This document shows, in pieces, positions 1-7,297 of a stretch of DNA of 46,542 bases; within the stretch, counting starts at the first letter, position 1; every line of letters begins with the position of its first letter. The position numbers and the translations under genes were made by a program. A model generated the notes under the pieces. That model searched no databases and had not been told where the DNA came from. It worked only from the letters and a program-made list of their open reading frames with translations. Origin of the DNA: Armatimonadota bacterium (GTDB lineage: Bacteria; Sysuimicrobiota; Sysuimicrobiia; Sysuimicrobiales; Segetimicrobiaceae); assembly GCA_047519495.1 (NCBI GenBank), contig JAPVSX010000026.1, forward strand, positions 1-46,542, read 5' to 3'.

Positions 1-256
1 CTCGGTCGAGATGGGGAGGTCGGAGGAACCGAGGGCGAGTCGAGCTCGACGATTGGCTCGGCACGTCCTGCCCGCGAGCATCCGGCGGCAGATCGGGCGG
101 CGGCGCACGCCCCGGAGGCAGCCGGCCGGCGGGCGCGATGCGGCGGAGGATCGCCTCCGCGTGCCCGCCTTCGCCCACCGTCGCGTCAACGATCACCGCC
201 CCCGGGCGGGGCGCCAGATACGCGAGCACCTCGTCCGCGAGCACCGGGACGTGCAT
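1..256 (-). CDS. rsmH: 16S rRNA (cytosine1402-N4)-methyltransferase RsmH, 5' part only (runs off the window edge)
   Basis: The ATG at 256 (minus) opens [37 protein letters not shown]. This is the RsmH N-terminus including the GxGGH SAM-site motif. It lies directly downstream of mraZ, as in dcw clusters. It is absent from the ORF track because it has no stop codon inside the window. After about codon 46 the frame turns Pro/Arg-rich and no longer resembles RsmH. Confidence 0.6.
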   Translation of the reverse strand, partial: MHVPVLADEVLAYLAPRPGAVIVDATVGEGGHAEAILRRIAPAGRLPPGRAPPPDLPPDARGQDVPSQSSSSTRPRFLRPPHLDR

Positions 257-329
257 GGGCGTGAGAGACGACTCTGCCGCCACGCTTGTCCACCCGACCA
301 CCGCTAGCCCCACCCGTCACCGCCGCCGC

Positions 330-752
330 TTACAGGATCAACTGCTGGAGCTGCCCGGCGAGCTCATCGGGAGCCTTCCGGATCTTCTGGAGGCGCCTGC
401 GCCAGTTGGGGGTGCTCCACAGCTCGAGGTGGGCTCCTGCCCCCACGATCGTCACCCCTTTGCTGATCCCGGCGTGCTCGCGCAGGTGGGGCGCCAGAAA
501 GATCCGCCCCTGCCGGTCCAGGTCACAGTCCTCGGCCGCCGAGAGAAGCAGCCGGACGAAGTCGCGGTTCCCCAGGGGCAGGTTCCGAAGCTTCTCCTCC
601 AGGGACTGCCACTCGACGGGCGAGAACGCCGCCAGGCACGGATCGATCCAGCGGGTCACGATGATCCGATCTCCCATGAGGGCCCGAAACTTGGGAGGGA
701 TCACCACCCGCCCCTTCTCGTCGAGCGCATACTGCGCTTCTCCCCTGAGCAT
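330..752 (-). CDS. mraZ: Transcriptional regulator MraZ
   Basis: MLRGEAQYALDEKGRVVIPPKFR ... DRQGRIFLAPHLREHAGI shows the duplicated MraZ motif (DxxGRxxxP twice). I chose the start at ATG 752 rather than 812, because MraZ proteins begin at M(F/L)xGxxxxxLDxKGR and the upstream 60 nt carry a repeat operator. Confidence 0.9.
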   Translation of the reverse strand: MLRGEAQYALDEKGRVVIPPKFRALMGDRIIVTRWIDPCLAAFSPVEWQSLEEKLRNLPLGNRDFVRLLLSAAEDCDLDRQGRIFLAPHLREHAGISKGVTIVGAGAHLELWSTPNWRRRLQKIRKAPDELAGQLQQLIL

Positions 753-770
753 CCGCGACCACGCCGCCCG

Positions 771-820
771 GTCTCCCCACCTGTCCCTACGAGCCACCAC
801 TGTTCTCCACAATTCCCCAA
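771..820 (-). promoter_or_regulatory. Candidate MraZ operator: five direct repeats with exact 10-bp phasing
   Basis: On the minus strand the sequence reads tTGGGGaatt GTGGAGaaca GTGGTGgctc GTAGGGacag GTGGGGagac. This is a GTGGnG-like hexamer every 10 nt, ending 19 nt upstream of the mraZ ATG. Confidence 0.5.
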
Positions 821-848
821 TCTCCTGCAGACCGGACGCGCTTCAGGC

Positions 849-877
849 AAAAAAATAAGGCCTCCCGGCGGGAGGCC
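849..877 (-). terminator. Rho-independent terminator after the DUF5317-like gene
   Basis: On the minus strand a 7-bp GC stem with a 5-nt loop (GGCCTCC cgccg GGAGGCC) is followed by TTATTTTTTT. It sits 37 nt downstream of the stop codon at 914. Confidence 0.8.
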
Positions 878-913
878 GCTCAATGCCGCACACGTGTTCG
901 GTCCGCTGCGAAG

Positions 914-1336
914 CTATGCGATGGAATCTTCCTGGCGCATCCCCCACTGCACGAGGCCGGCGATCCCGCAGGCCAGGAGGAGATCGCCCGGGCTCACGAT
1001 CAGGCCCGCGCCCGGATACCCGAGCGCCACCTGATCACCCAGAAAGCCTAACGGCGTCCCGGGTCCGGCAAGGACGTGGCGGGGATCGGCCCCCGCGTCG
1101 ACCGCCGCGACAAGCGCTCCGCCGATGCGCTCCAGCGCGGTGCGGGAGACGGGCATGCGCCCGCCGTTCGCGAGGATCGCGGCGCCGTTGAGCGCCGTGC
1201 CGAGGAGCAGCAGCGGAAACCACGGCTGCGCCCGGTTCAGCCACAGCATGCGGAGCGCGGCGAGGTAGCCGAGGCTCACAAGTAGACGTCCCACCAGGGC
1301 GGGCATCCACGGAAGCTGCGCGGCCAGGACGAGCAC
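914..1336 (-). CDS. DUF5317-like integral membrane protein
   Basis: The protein is hydrophobic with several predicted TM segments and carries the motif NGAAILANGGRMPV, which I recall as characteristic of DUF5317. The GTG at 1336 is the first canonical start. However, TM-like in-frame sequence (ILILALAALAGLGIGWARSGRLGRLARLPLRAFPLLAIAV) continues upstream to about 1456, so the true 5' end is uncertain. Confidence 0.6.
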   Translation of the reverse strand: MLVLAAQLPWMPALVGRLLVSLGYLAALRMLWLNRAQPWFPLLLLGTALNGAAILANGGRMPVSRTALERIGGALVAAVDAGADPRHVLAGPGTPLGFLGDQVALGYPGAGLIVSPGDLLLACGIAGLVQWGMRQEDSIA

Positions 1337-1449
1337 GACGGCGATCGCAAGCAGGGGAAAGGCGCGGAGCGGAAGCCGGGCCAGTCTACCGAGCCGGCCG
1401 CTCCTCGCCCATCCGATCCCCAGCCCGGCGAGGGCGGCGAGCGCCAGGA

Positions 1450-1749
1450 TCAGTATAGAACCTCGCGCACGCCGGTCTTATGGCGGACAACGACGAGATC
1501 GGCGCTCTCCTGCAGGCGGCGCACGGCGTCGCTCACCGCGTCCACGTGGACGGAGCCGAACGCGAACTCGCCGGCGGACGGAAGGACGTCCTCAAACGCG
1601 TTCCCACAGGCGGTGCAGTAATAGCCGCGCTCGGGCAGAAACGACCCCCTGAGCTGGATCCAGCGGATGGTCACGTGGCCGACCACCGCCTGCTTGCCGC
1701 ACTGCGGGCACCGCATCCACCGTCTCCTCGGAGAAACCTTCCCGGCCAT
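1450..1749 (-). CDS. Small zinc-ribbon protein (CPxC...CxxC), function unknown
   Basis: MAGKVSPRRRWMRCPQCGK...YYCTACGN contains two Cys pairs. The ATG at 1749 has GGAGGG 10 nt upstream. The longer ORF starting at 1887 has no ribosome-binding site and an Arg-rich leader. Confidence 0.5.
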   Translation of the reverse strand: MAGKVSPRRRWMRCPQCGKQAVVGHVTIRWIQLRGSFLPERGYYCTACGNAFEDVLPSAGEFAFGSVHVDAVSDAVRRLQESADLVVVRHKTGVREVLY

Positions 1750-1902
1750 TATACCATGGCCCTCCACCCGCACCGGAGCGCCGAATCTCTCGCCGGACGG
1801 GGCGGTGCGCCGGCGTGGCAGTGCTCTGTCTCGAAGCTCGACGAAGGGGAGGGCGGCCGACCGTTTCGGGAACATCCGTCGCAACACTTGCGAGACAGTG
1901 CG

Positions 1903-3840
1903 CTAGAGCGCAACGCGGACCCGGTCGCGGCCCTCGGTCTTCGCGCGGTACAGCGCCTCGTCGGCCGCGCGGACGACAGCGGCGGCCATCGAGCCGTGCC
2001 GGGGGAACGCGGCCACGCCCAGCGACAGGCTGACCTCGCCGAGGGGCCGATCGTGGTAGTAGACGGTCACGCGCTTGAACCCCTCCCGCAGTTGCTCGGC
2101 ACGGTGACAGGCGTCGTCGGCCGGGGCCTCCGGCAGGATCAGCATGAACTCTTCGCCGCCGTAGCGGCAGGCGATGTCCTCGCGGCGGATGTGCGTCCCG
2201 AGAAAATCTCCCAGCGCGCGCAGGAGCGTGTCGCCCGCCTCGTGCCCGAAGGTATCGTTGAAGCGCTTGAAGTGGTCGAGGTCAAGCATGACCACGCTCA
2301 CCGGCTGCTGCCGCCGGGCGGCCCGGCGGATCTCCCGCTCCAGGGACTCCTCCATGTAGCGCCGGTTGTAGAGCCCGGTGAGCGGATCGCGGATGGACTG
2401 AGCGCGCAGGCTCTCGCGCAGCTTCACATTGGCGAGCGCCAGGGCGATCTGGTCGGCGACGGTCGCGGCGAGCCGCTGCTCGTCCTCGCTGAGCGGCGCC
2501 GGGCGTCCCTCGGGCGGCGCCTGGTCCTGGACGCCGGTTTGCAAATACAGGATGCCCAGGGCATCCCCCTGGGCGAGCATCGGAACGCACATGTAGCTCG
2601 CCGGTAGACGGCCCAGGTGCGGACAGATGAGCCCCGCGCGGGTGTCGTCTACAACGTGCATCCGGCCGCGCCGCAGCGCCCAGCACTCGTTCGGCGCAAA
2701 CGCTCCCTCGACGGAAGCGGGATCCCCCCACACGGCGACCGGCTCGATGAGCCCGCCCTCGCCCACGACGTATAACGTCCCGGACCGGGTGGGAAACAGC
2801 TGCTGGGCGAACCGGGTGATAACCATGTAGGCCTCGTCGGGGGTGACGCAGCTCTGGAGGAGGTTGCCCATCTCGCTCAGCAGGTTGAACTCGCTGTGGC
2901 GCCGCTCGAGGTCCCCGATCCACCCCGTGAGCTTCGCGTTGGCCGCCTGGAGCGCTTCCTCCGCCTGCTTCCGCCCGACATCGACCGCGTAGAGAGACCG
3001 GGCGTTCCACCAGATCAAGTTGGCGAAGATGACGATGCTCAGCACGACCAGCAGCGAGAACCCGAACGGGGCGTCGTAGACCCCGAGATCCTCGCCCGCC
3101 GCGGTCACGAGCCCCAGCACCAGCAAGATCGCGACGACGGGCGGCAGCAGGCGGCGCGCGATGGTGCCGCCCGCGCTGTCGCTCGTGACAGTCGCGACGA
3201 GCCCGCGGTCCGGGTGGACGCACAGAACGCCGACGGAGAGCACCGCGAACACCATGGCGGCTGTGACCGTCATGGGGATGAAGGAGGCGACGCCGGAGAG
3301 GGCGCGGACGCCGTATGCGTAGCCCGTGAGCGCCAGCAGGGTGATCACGGCCGTCGCCAGCGCCAGGAACTGGGACGGCAGGCGGCCGCCGCGGGTCTCC
3401 ACCTCGAGCAGTAAGAGCGCGAGCCCGATCAGGAGGAAGTTCAGGCCCGTGCTGGGCGCGATCCGGCTCCCCGCGAAGCGGTCCCCGAACAGCATCTGGT
3501 CGAGCCCAAGGTCGCGGCCCGCGGCGTAGCCGGCGAGCGTGAGCAGGCCGGTGAACCCGACCAGGGCCGCGGCGGCGTAGGCGACCGCGCGCACCCGGCG
3601 CGCCTTCCTGCGGTCCGCCGGCGCGGCGCGAAACGCCAGGAGCGATATGCCGGCCAGCACGAACGTCGAGGCCACGAGCGGGTTCATCGGGACGAGGCCG
3701 GGCACGATGCTCGCAAGCGGCGGTGCGCTGGCCAGCCAGCCGGTCAGGACGATGCTCCCCGCCAGGACCACGGCGGCGCCCGCAAGATACACGAGCGGCC
3801 GGAGCAGCGACACGAGACGGGGATTGGATTGCTGGTCCAT
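1903..3840 (-). CDS. Membrane sensor diguanylate cyclase (multi-TM N-terminus, GAF domain, GGDEF domain)
   Basis: The C-terminal region DPLTGLYNRRY...RYGGEEF carries an intact GGEEF active site, with an RxxD I-site (RRED) five residues upstream. A GAF-like central region and about 8 hydrophobic N-terminal segments precede it. The start is taken at MDQQSNPRLV (ATG 3840). ATG 3879 or 4023 are also possible. Confidence 0.9.
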   Translation of the reverse strand: MDQQSNPRLVSLLRPLVYLAGAAVVLAGSIVLTGWLASAPPLASIVPGLVPMNPLVASTFVLAGISLLAFRAAPADRRKARRVRAVAYAAAALVGFTGLLTLAGYAAGRDLGLDQMLFGDRFAGSRIAPSTGLNFLLIGLALLLLEVETRGGRLPSQFLALATAVITLLALTGYAYGVRALSGVASFIPMTVTAAMVFAVLSVGVLCVHPDRGLVATVTSDSAGGTIARRLLPPVVAILLVLGLVTAAGEDLGVYDAPFGFSLLVVLSIVIFANLIWWNARSLYAVDVGRKQAEEALQAANAKLTGWIGDLERRHSEFNLLSEMGNLLQSCVTPDEAYMVITRFAQQLFPTRSGTLYVVGEGGLIEPVAVWGDPASVEGAFAPNECWALRRGRMHVVDDTRAGLICPHLGRLPASYMCVPMLAQGDALGILYLQTGVQDQAPPEGRPAPLSEDEQRLAATVADQIALALANVKLRESLRAQSIRDPLTGLYNRRYMEESLEREIRRAARRQQPVSVVMLDLDHFKRFNDTFGHEAGDTLLRALGDFLGTHIRREDIACRYGGEEFMLILPEAPADDACHRAEQLREGFKRVTVYYHDRPLGEVSLSLGVAAFPRHGSMAAAVVRAADEALYRAKTEGRDRVRVAL

Positions 3841-3994
3841 CCATCTTCTGTGTGCCCCCGGCGAGGCGCGCCTAGACATCCACGGCGCCGCCGGCTGATT
3901 CGATGGAAGCAGGGCGGAGGAGTGAGAGTCGCCGTAGAGAATACTGGGCTCACGCTGCGCGAACATAGTGTGCGAATAGGGGGGAATGAGAGTC

Positions 3995-5395
3995 ATGTCA
4001 CATGATCGCGACAGTTCGAGCACGCCGGGCGACAGGCCGCGGGCGGGAACGTCGGGCCTGACGCGCCGGGAGTTCCTCGCGGCGGGAGCCGCGGGGCTGG
4101 CCGGGGTCGCCCTGGGCGCAGCCGGCCTGGACCGCCTCGCCGGGCGCGCGGAGGGGGCGGCCTACGGCGTCCCGGGCATGAACCTGGAGCTTCCGATTGA
4201 ACGGGGGGCCTCGCTCCGGGTGCTCCGGTGGGCGCAGTTCGTGCCGGTCGACCAGCCGTACTGGGACAAGATCACCAGGGCGTGGTCGCAGAAGACCGGC
4301 GTTCCGGTGACGGTCGAGTACGTCAACTGGCCGGACATCCCGTCCAAGACATCGGTCGCCGCCAACGTCGGAGCCGGTCCTGACATCCTGACGTCTTTCT
4401 TCGACGACCCGCACATCTATCCGGAGAAGCTCGTCCCGCTCGACGACGTGGCGGAGTACCTCGGGAAGAAGTACGGCGGCTGGTACGATATCTGCCGCGC
4501 GTACGGCTTCAACAAGCCCGTCGGCCACTGGATCGCGCTCCCGATGGGAGCCGACGGCTCGTGCACCAATTACCGGGTGTCCTGGGTGCGCGAGGCGGGG
4601 TTCGAGACGTTTCCGACGGACATCGACGGGCTCATGAGGCTCGCGAAGGCCCTCAAGGCCAAGGGGCATCCGACCGGGTTCACCCTCGGACACGCGGTCG
4701 GCGACGCCAACAACTTCACGTACTGGTGGCTGTGGGCCCACGGCGGCAAGGTGTGGAATCCGGACGGGAGCCCGGGGCTGCGCAGCGACGCGACCCTCCA
4801 CGCGATCGAGCGCTGCCAGGAGCTCTACTCGACGATGATCCCGGGCGTCGGCTCGTGGCTCGATCCGGACAACAACAAGAACTTCCTTTCCGGCAACATC
4901 AGCATGACGAACAACGGGATCAGCATCTACTTCGTCGCCAAAGACCAGTTCCCGGACATCGCCAGGGACATGAATCACGCGGCCTACCCGATCGGCCCCG
5001 TCGGCCACCCGACGGAGCTGCAGCTGATGCCGGTCGCGTTCGTCTTCAAGTACACGAAGTATCCCAACGCGGCGAAGGACTACCTCCGCTTCTGCATGGA
5101 GGAGGGCCAGTACGACGGGTGGATCAACACGACGCTCGGCTACTACTCGAGCACGCTCAAGGCGTACGAGAACGTCCCCGTGTGGAGCAGCGATCCGAAG
5201 GCCAAGCCGTACCAGTACAGCCTGCGCCGGATGCTTCCGGACAGCTTTGCCTCGGCGCCCGGACCCAAGCCTGCGGCAGTACTCGCGGAGTACCTCGTCG
5301 TGGACATGTTCGCGAACGCCACGGTGGGCGGCAAGAGCGCCAAAGACGCCCTGGCGAACGCCGAGCAGCGGCTTGCGCGGATTGCGAAAGGCTAG
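3995..5395 (+). CDS. Sugar ABC transporter substrate-binding protein (CUT1 / family 1), Tat-exported
   Basis: It has a twin-arginine signal (LTRREFLAAGAAGLAG) and the length and composition of a family-1 solute-binding protein. The GGGGGGA ribbon lies 9-10 nt before ATG 3995. The in-frame ATG at 3986 is too close to it. Confidence 0.9.
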   Translation: MSHDRDSSSTPGDRPRAGTSGLTRREFLAAGAAGLAGVALGAAGLDRLAGRAEGAAYGVPGMNLELPIERGASLRVLRWAQFVPVDQPYWDKITRAWSQKTGVPVTVEYVNWPDIPSKTSVAANVGAGPDILTSFFDDPHIYPEKLVPLDDVAEYLGKKYGGWYDICRAYGFNKPVGHWIALPMGADGSCTNYRVSWVREAGFETFPTDIDGLMRLAKALKAKGHPTGFTLGHAVGDANNFTYWWLWAHGGKVWNPDGSPGLRSDATLHAIERCQELYSTMIPGVGSWLDPDNNKNFLSGNISMTNNGISIYFVAKDQFPDIARDMNHAAYPIGPVGHPTELQLMPVAFVFKYTKYPNAAKDYLRFCMEEGQYDGWINTTLGYYSSTLKAYENVPVWSSDPKAKPYQYSLRRMLPDSFASAPGPKPAAVLAEYLVVDMFANATVGGKSAKDALANAEQRLARIAKG

Positions 5396-5423
5396 GTGAC
5401 CTGAGCCGGTCCGTGCTCGACAG

Positions 5424-5456
5424 GCGGGGGCGCCGGCCGTACGGCGGCGCCCCCGC
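5424..5456 (+). promoter_or_regulatory. Intercistronic GC-rich stem-loop between the binding-protein and permease genes
   Basis: GCGGGGGCGCCG gccgtacgg CGGCGCCCCCGC forms a perfect 12-bp stem with a 9-nt loop and no U-tract. This type of hairpin commonly stabilises the upstream binding-protein message in ABC operons. Confidence 0.45.
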
Positions 5457-5516
5457 GGCACCGTCCGCTGTACGCGGCCGGAGACGATCCGCCCCCGGAC
5501 CGAATGCGGGGCACCG

Positions 5517-6446
5517 ATGAGCGCCGTCAAGGCCGAAGTCGCACTGCCGTCCTCCCCGCACCGGGCCGGCCTGTCCCGGCTGCTGGACGACCGCAACGTC
5601 CTCGGGGTCCTGATGGTCGCGCCGGCCGTCCTCATTCTGGCCGGCCTGCTGGCCTACCCCTTCCTGCTCGGGATCTACCTCAGCATGACCAATGCGATCA
5701 TCGGGCGGGGCGGGCAGTTCATCGGGATCGAGAACTACGTGAGCCTCCTCGGCGATCCCCTGTACCGCCTGGCCACGTTCAACACGTTCCTGTACACGAT
5801 CGTCGCCTGCTTCTTCAAGCTGATCCTCGGGATGGCCCTGGCGATCGTGCTGAACCGGGAGTTCATGTTCAAGCGCTTCATCCGGGCGGCCGTCCTGCTG
5901 CCGTACATCGTCCCAACGGTCCTGTCGGCGATCTCGTTCTGGTGGATCTACGACCCGACGTTCGGCATCATCAGCTACACGCTCCGGCACCTCGGGCTCA
6001 TCGACCAAAACATCGACTTCCTGGGCGACCCGGGGCTCGCCCGGGCGGCCCTGATCGCCGCCAACGTGTGGCGCGGCGTGCCGTTCTACGCGATCGGCCT
6101 TCTCGCCGCCCTGCAGACGGTCCCGGCCTCGCTGTTCGAGGCGGGCGCGATCGACGGGGCCGGGCGGTGGGCGACCTTCCGCCACATCACGATGCCGTTG
6201 CTCACCCCGCTGACAGTCGTCATCACGATGTTCTCGGTCATCCTGACGTTCGCCGACTTCCAGTTGCCGTGGGTGATCACGCGGGGCGGCCCCAACAACG
6301 CGACGCAGCTGTACGGCACGCTCGCGTTCCAGCGCGCGATCCAGGGCGCCCACATGGGCGAGGGAGCGGCCGTCGCGATGGCGATCTTCCCCGTCCTGCT
6401 GGTGACCGTCGTCGTGAGCTTCAGGTACCTCAGGCGGGAGGACTAA
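5517..6446 (+). CDS. Sugar ABC transporter permease (MalF/UgpA-like)
   Basis: It has six hydrophobic segments and the EAA-loop region EAGAIDGAGRWATFRHITMPLL. Confidence 0.9.
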   Translation: MSAVKAEVALPSSPHRAGLSRLLDDRNVLGVLMVAPAVLILAGLLAYPFLLGIYLSMTNAIIGRGGQFIGIENYVSLLGDPLYRLATFNTFLYTIVACFFKLILGMALAIVLNREFMFKRFIRAAVLLPYIVPTVLSAISFWWIYDPTFGIISYTLRHLGLIDQNIDFLGDPGLARAALIAANVWRGVPFYAIGLLAALQTVPASLFEAGAIDGAGRWATFRHITMPLLTPLTVVITMFSVILTFADFQLPWVITRGGPNNATQLYGTLAFQRAIQGAHMGEGAAVAMAIFPVLLVTVVVSFRYLRRED

Positions 6447-6460
6447 TTTAGGGATAGACG

Positions 6461-7297
6461 ATGCGCGAGTCATTTCTGACGCGAACGATCACGTTCTACG
6501 TGCCGCTCGGGGCGTTCCTCGTCTTTCTCCTGTTTCCGTTCTACTGGATGCTCGTGACGACGTTCAAGCCCAACGCCGACCTCTACAACCCGCGCATCAA
6601 CCCATTTTGGACCTGGCACCCGACGCTCGACCACCTCAAGTTCCTGTTCACGCAGAGCCACTACCCCTTCTGGCTGTGGAACACGACGTGGGTGGCGGTG
6701 GTGTCCACGGTGATCTCGGTGACGGTGAGCCTGCTCGCGGCCTATGCGATCCAGCGGCTGCGGTTCCCCGGCTCCGGGACCCTGGGCATCGCGATCTTTC
6801 TCACGTACCTCGTGCCGCCGATCATCCTGTTCATCCCGCTGGCGGACATCGTGTTCCACCTGCGCCTGTTCGACAGCCTGTGGGCGCTGGTGTTCACCTA
6901 CCCGACGTTCCTGATCCCGTTCTGCACATGGCTCCTGATGGGCTACTTCAAGTCGATCCCGCACGAGATGGAGGAAAGCGCCCGGATCGATGGGGCCACC
7001 CGGCTGGGGGTGCTGTGGCGGATCGTCCTGCCGCTCTCGCTGCCGGGGATCTTCTCGTCGACGATCTTCGCCTTCACGCTCTCGTGGAACGAGTACCTCT
7101 ACGCGCTGGTGTTCATCACGTCACCGGAGCGGCTGACGGTGCCGGTGGGGTCGATCATCGAACTCGTCACGGGGGATGTCTACCACTGGGGGCCGCTCAT
7201 GGCCGCCGCGCTCCTCGGCTCCGTGCCGGTCGCGCTGATGTACTCGTTCTTCGTCGAGCACTACGTCTCGGCGCTCTCCGGCGCGCTGAAGGAATAG
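6461..7297 (+). CDS. Sugar ABC transporter permease (MalG/UgpE-like)
   Basis: The EAA loop is EESARIDGATRLGVLWRIVLPLS, and the FPFYWM N-terminal motif is typical of CUT1 second permeases. Confidence 0.9.
   Translation: MRESFLTRTITFYVPLGAFLVFLLFPFYWMLVTTFKPNADLYNPRINPFWTWHPTLDHLKFLFTQSHYPFWLWNTTWVAVVSTVISVTVSLLAAYAIQRLRFPGSGTLGIAIFLTYLVPPIILFIPLADIVFHLRLFDSLWALVFTYPTFLIPFCTWLLMGYFKSIPHEMEESARIDGATRLGVLWRIVLPLSLPGIFSSTIFAFTLSWNEYLYALVFITSPERLTVPVGSIIELVTGDVYHWGPLMAAALLGSVPVALMYSFFVEHYVSALSGALKE

Noticed and set aside
2282-3844. Long ORFs overlapping recognisable genes in another frame or on the opposite strand. Examples are 2282-3844, 1480-2607, 3998-5635, 5157-6473, 6607-8838, 7598-8632, 8720-9892, 9783-11846, 14276-15424, 24415-26040, 24852-26162, 25897-27825, 27693-29972, 33286-34722, 34532-35674, 35266-36696, 37685-39169, 39410-40876, 40945-41973 and 42718-43812.
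   Set aside because: Their translations are Arg/Pro/Gly/Ala-rich low-complexity strings without family motifs. Each one lies over a gene that has clear family signatures in another frame or on the other strand. Stop-codon-poor shadow frames of this kind are expected in high-GC DNA.
3995-7297. Absence of an ATPase gene in the sugar ABC transporter cluster as an anomaly.
   Set aside because: CUT1-type sugar importers in many Gram-positive and high-GC lineages routinely share an unlinked MsiK/MalK-type ATPase, so this is not unusual. The missing ATPases of the Dpp-type system are reported separately because that is less common.
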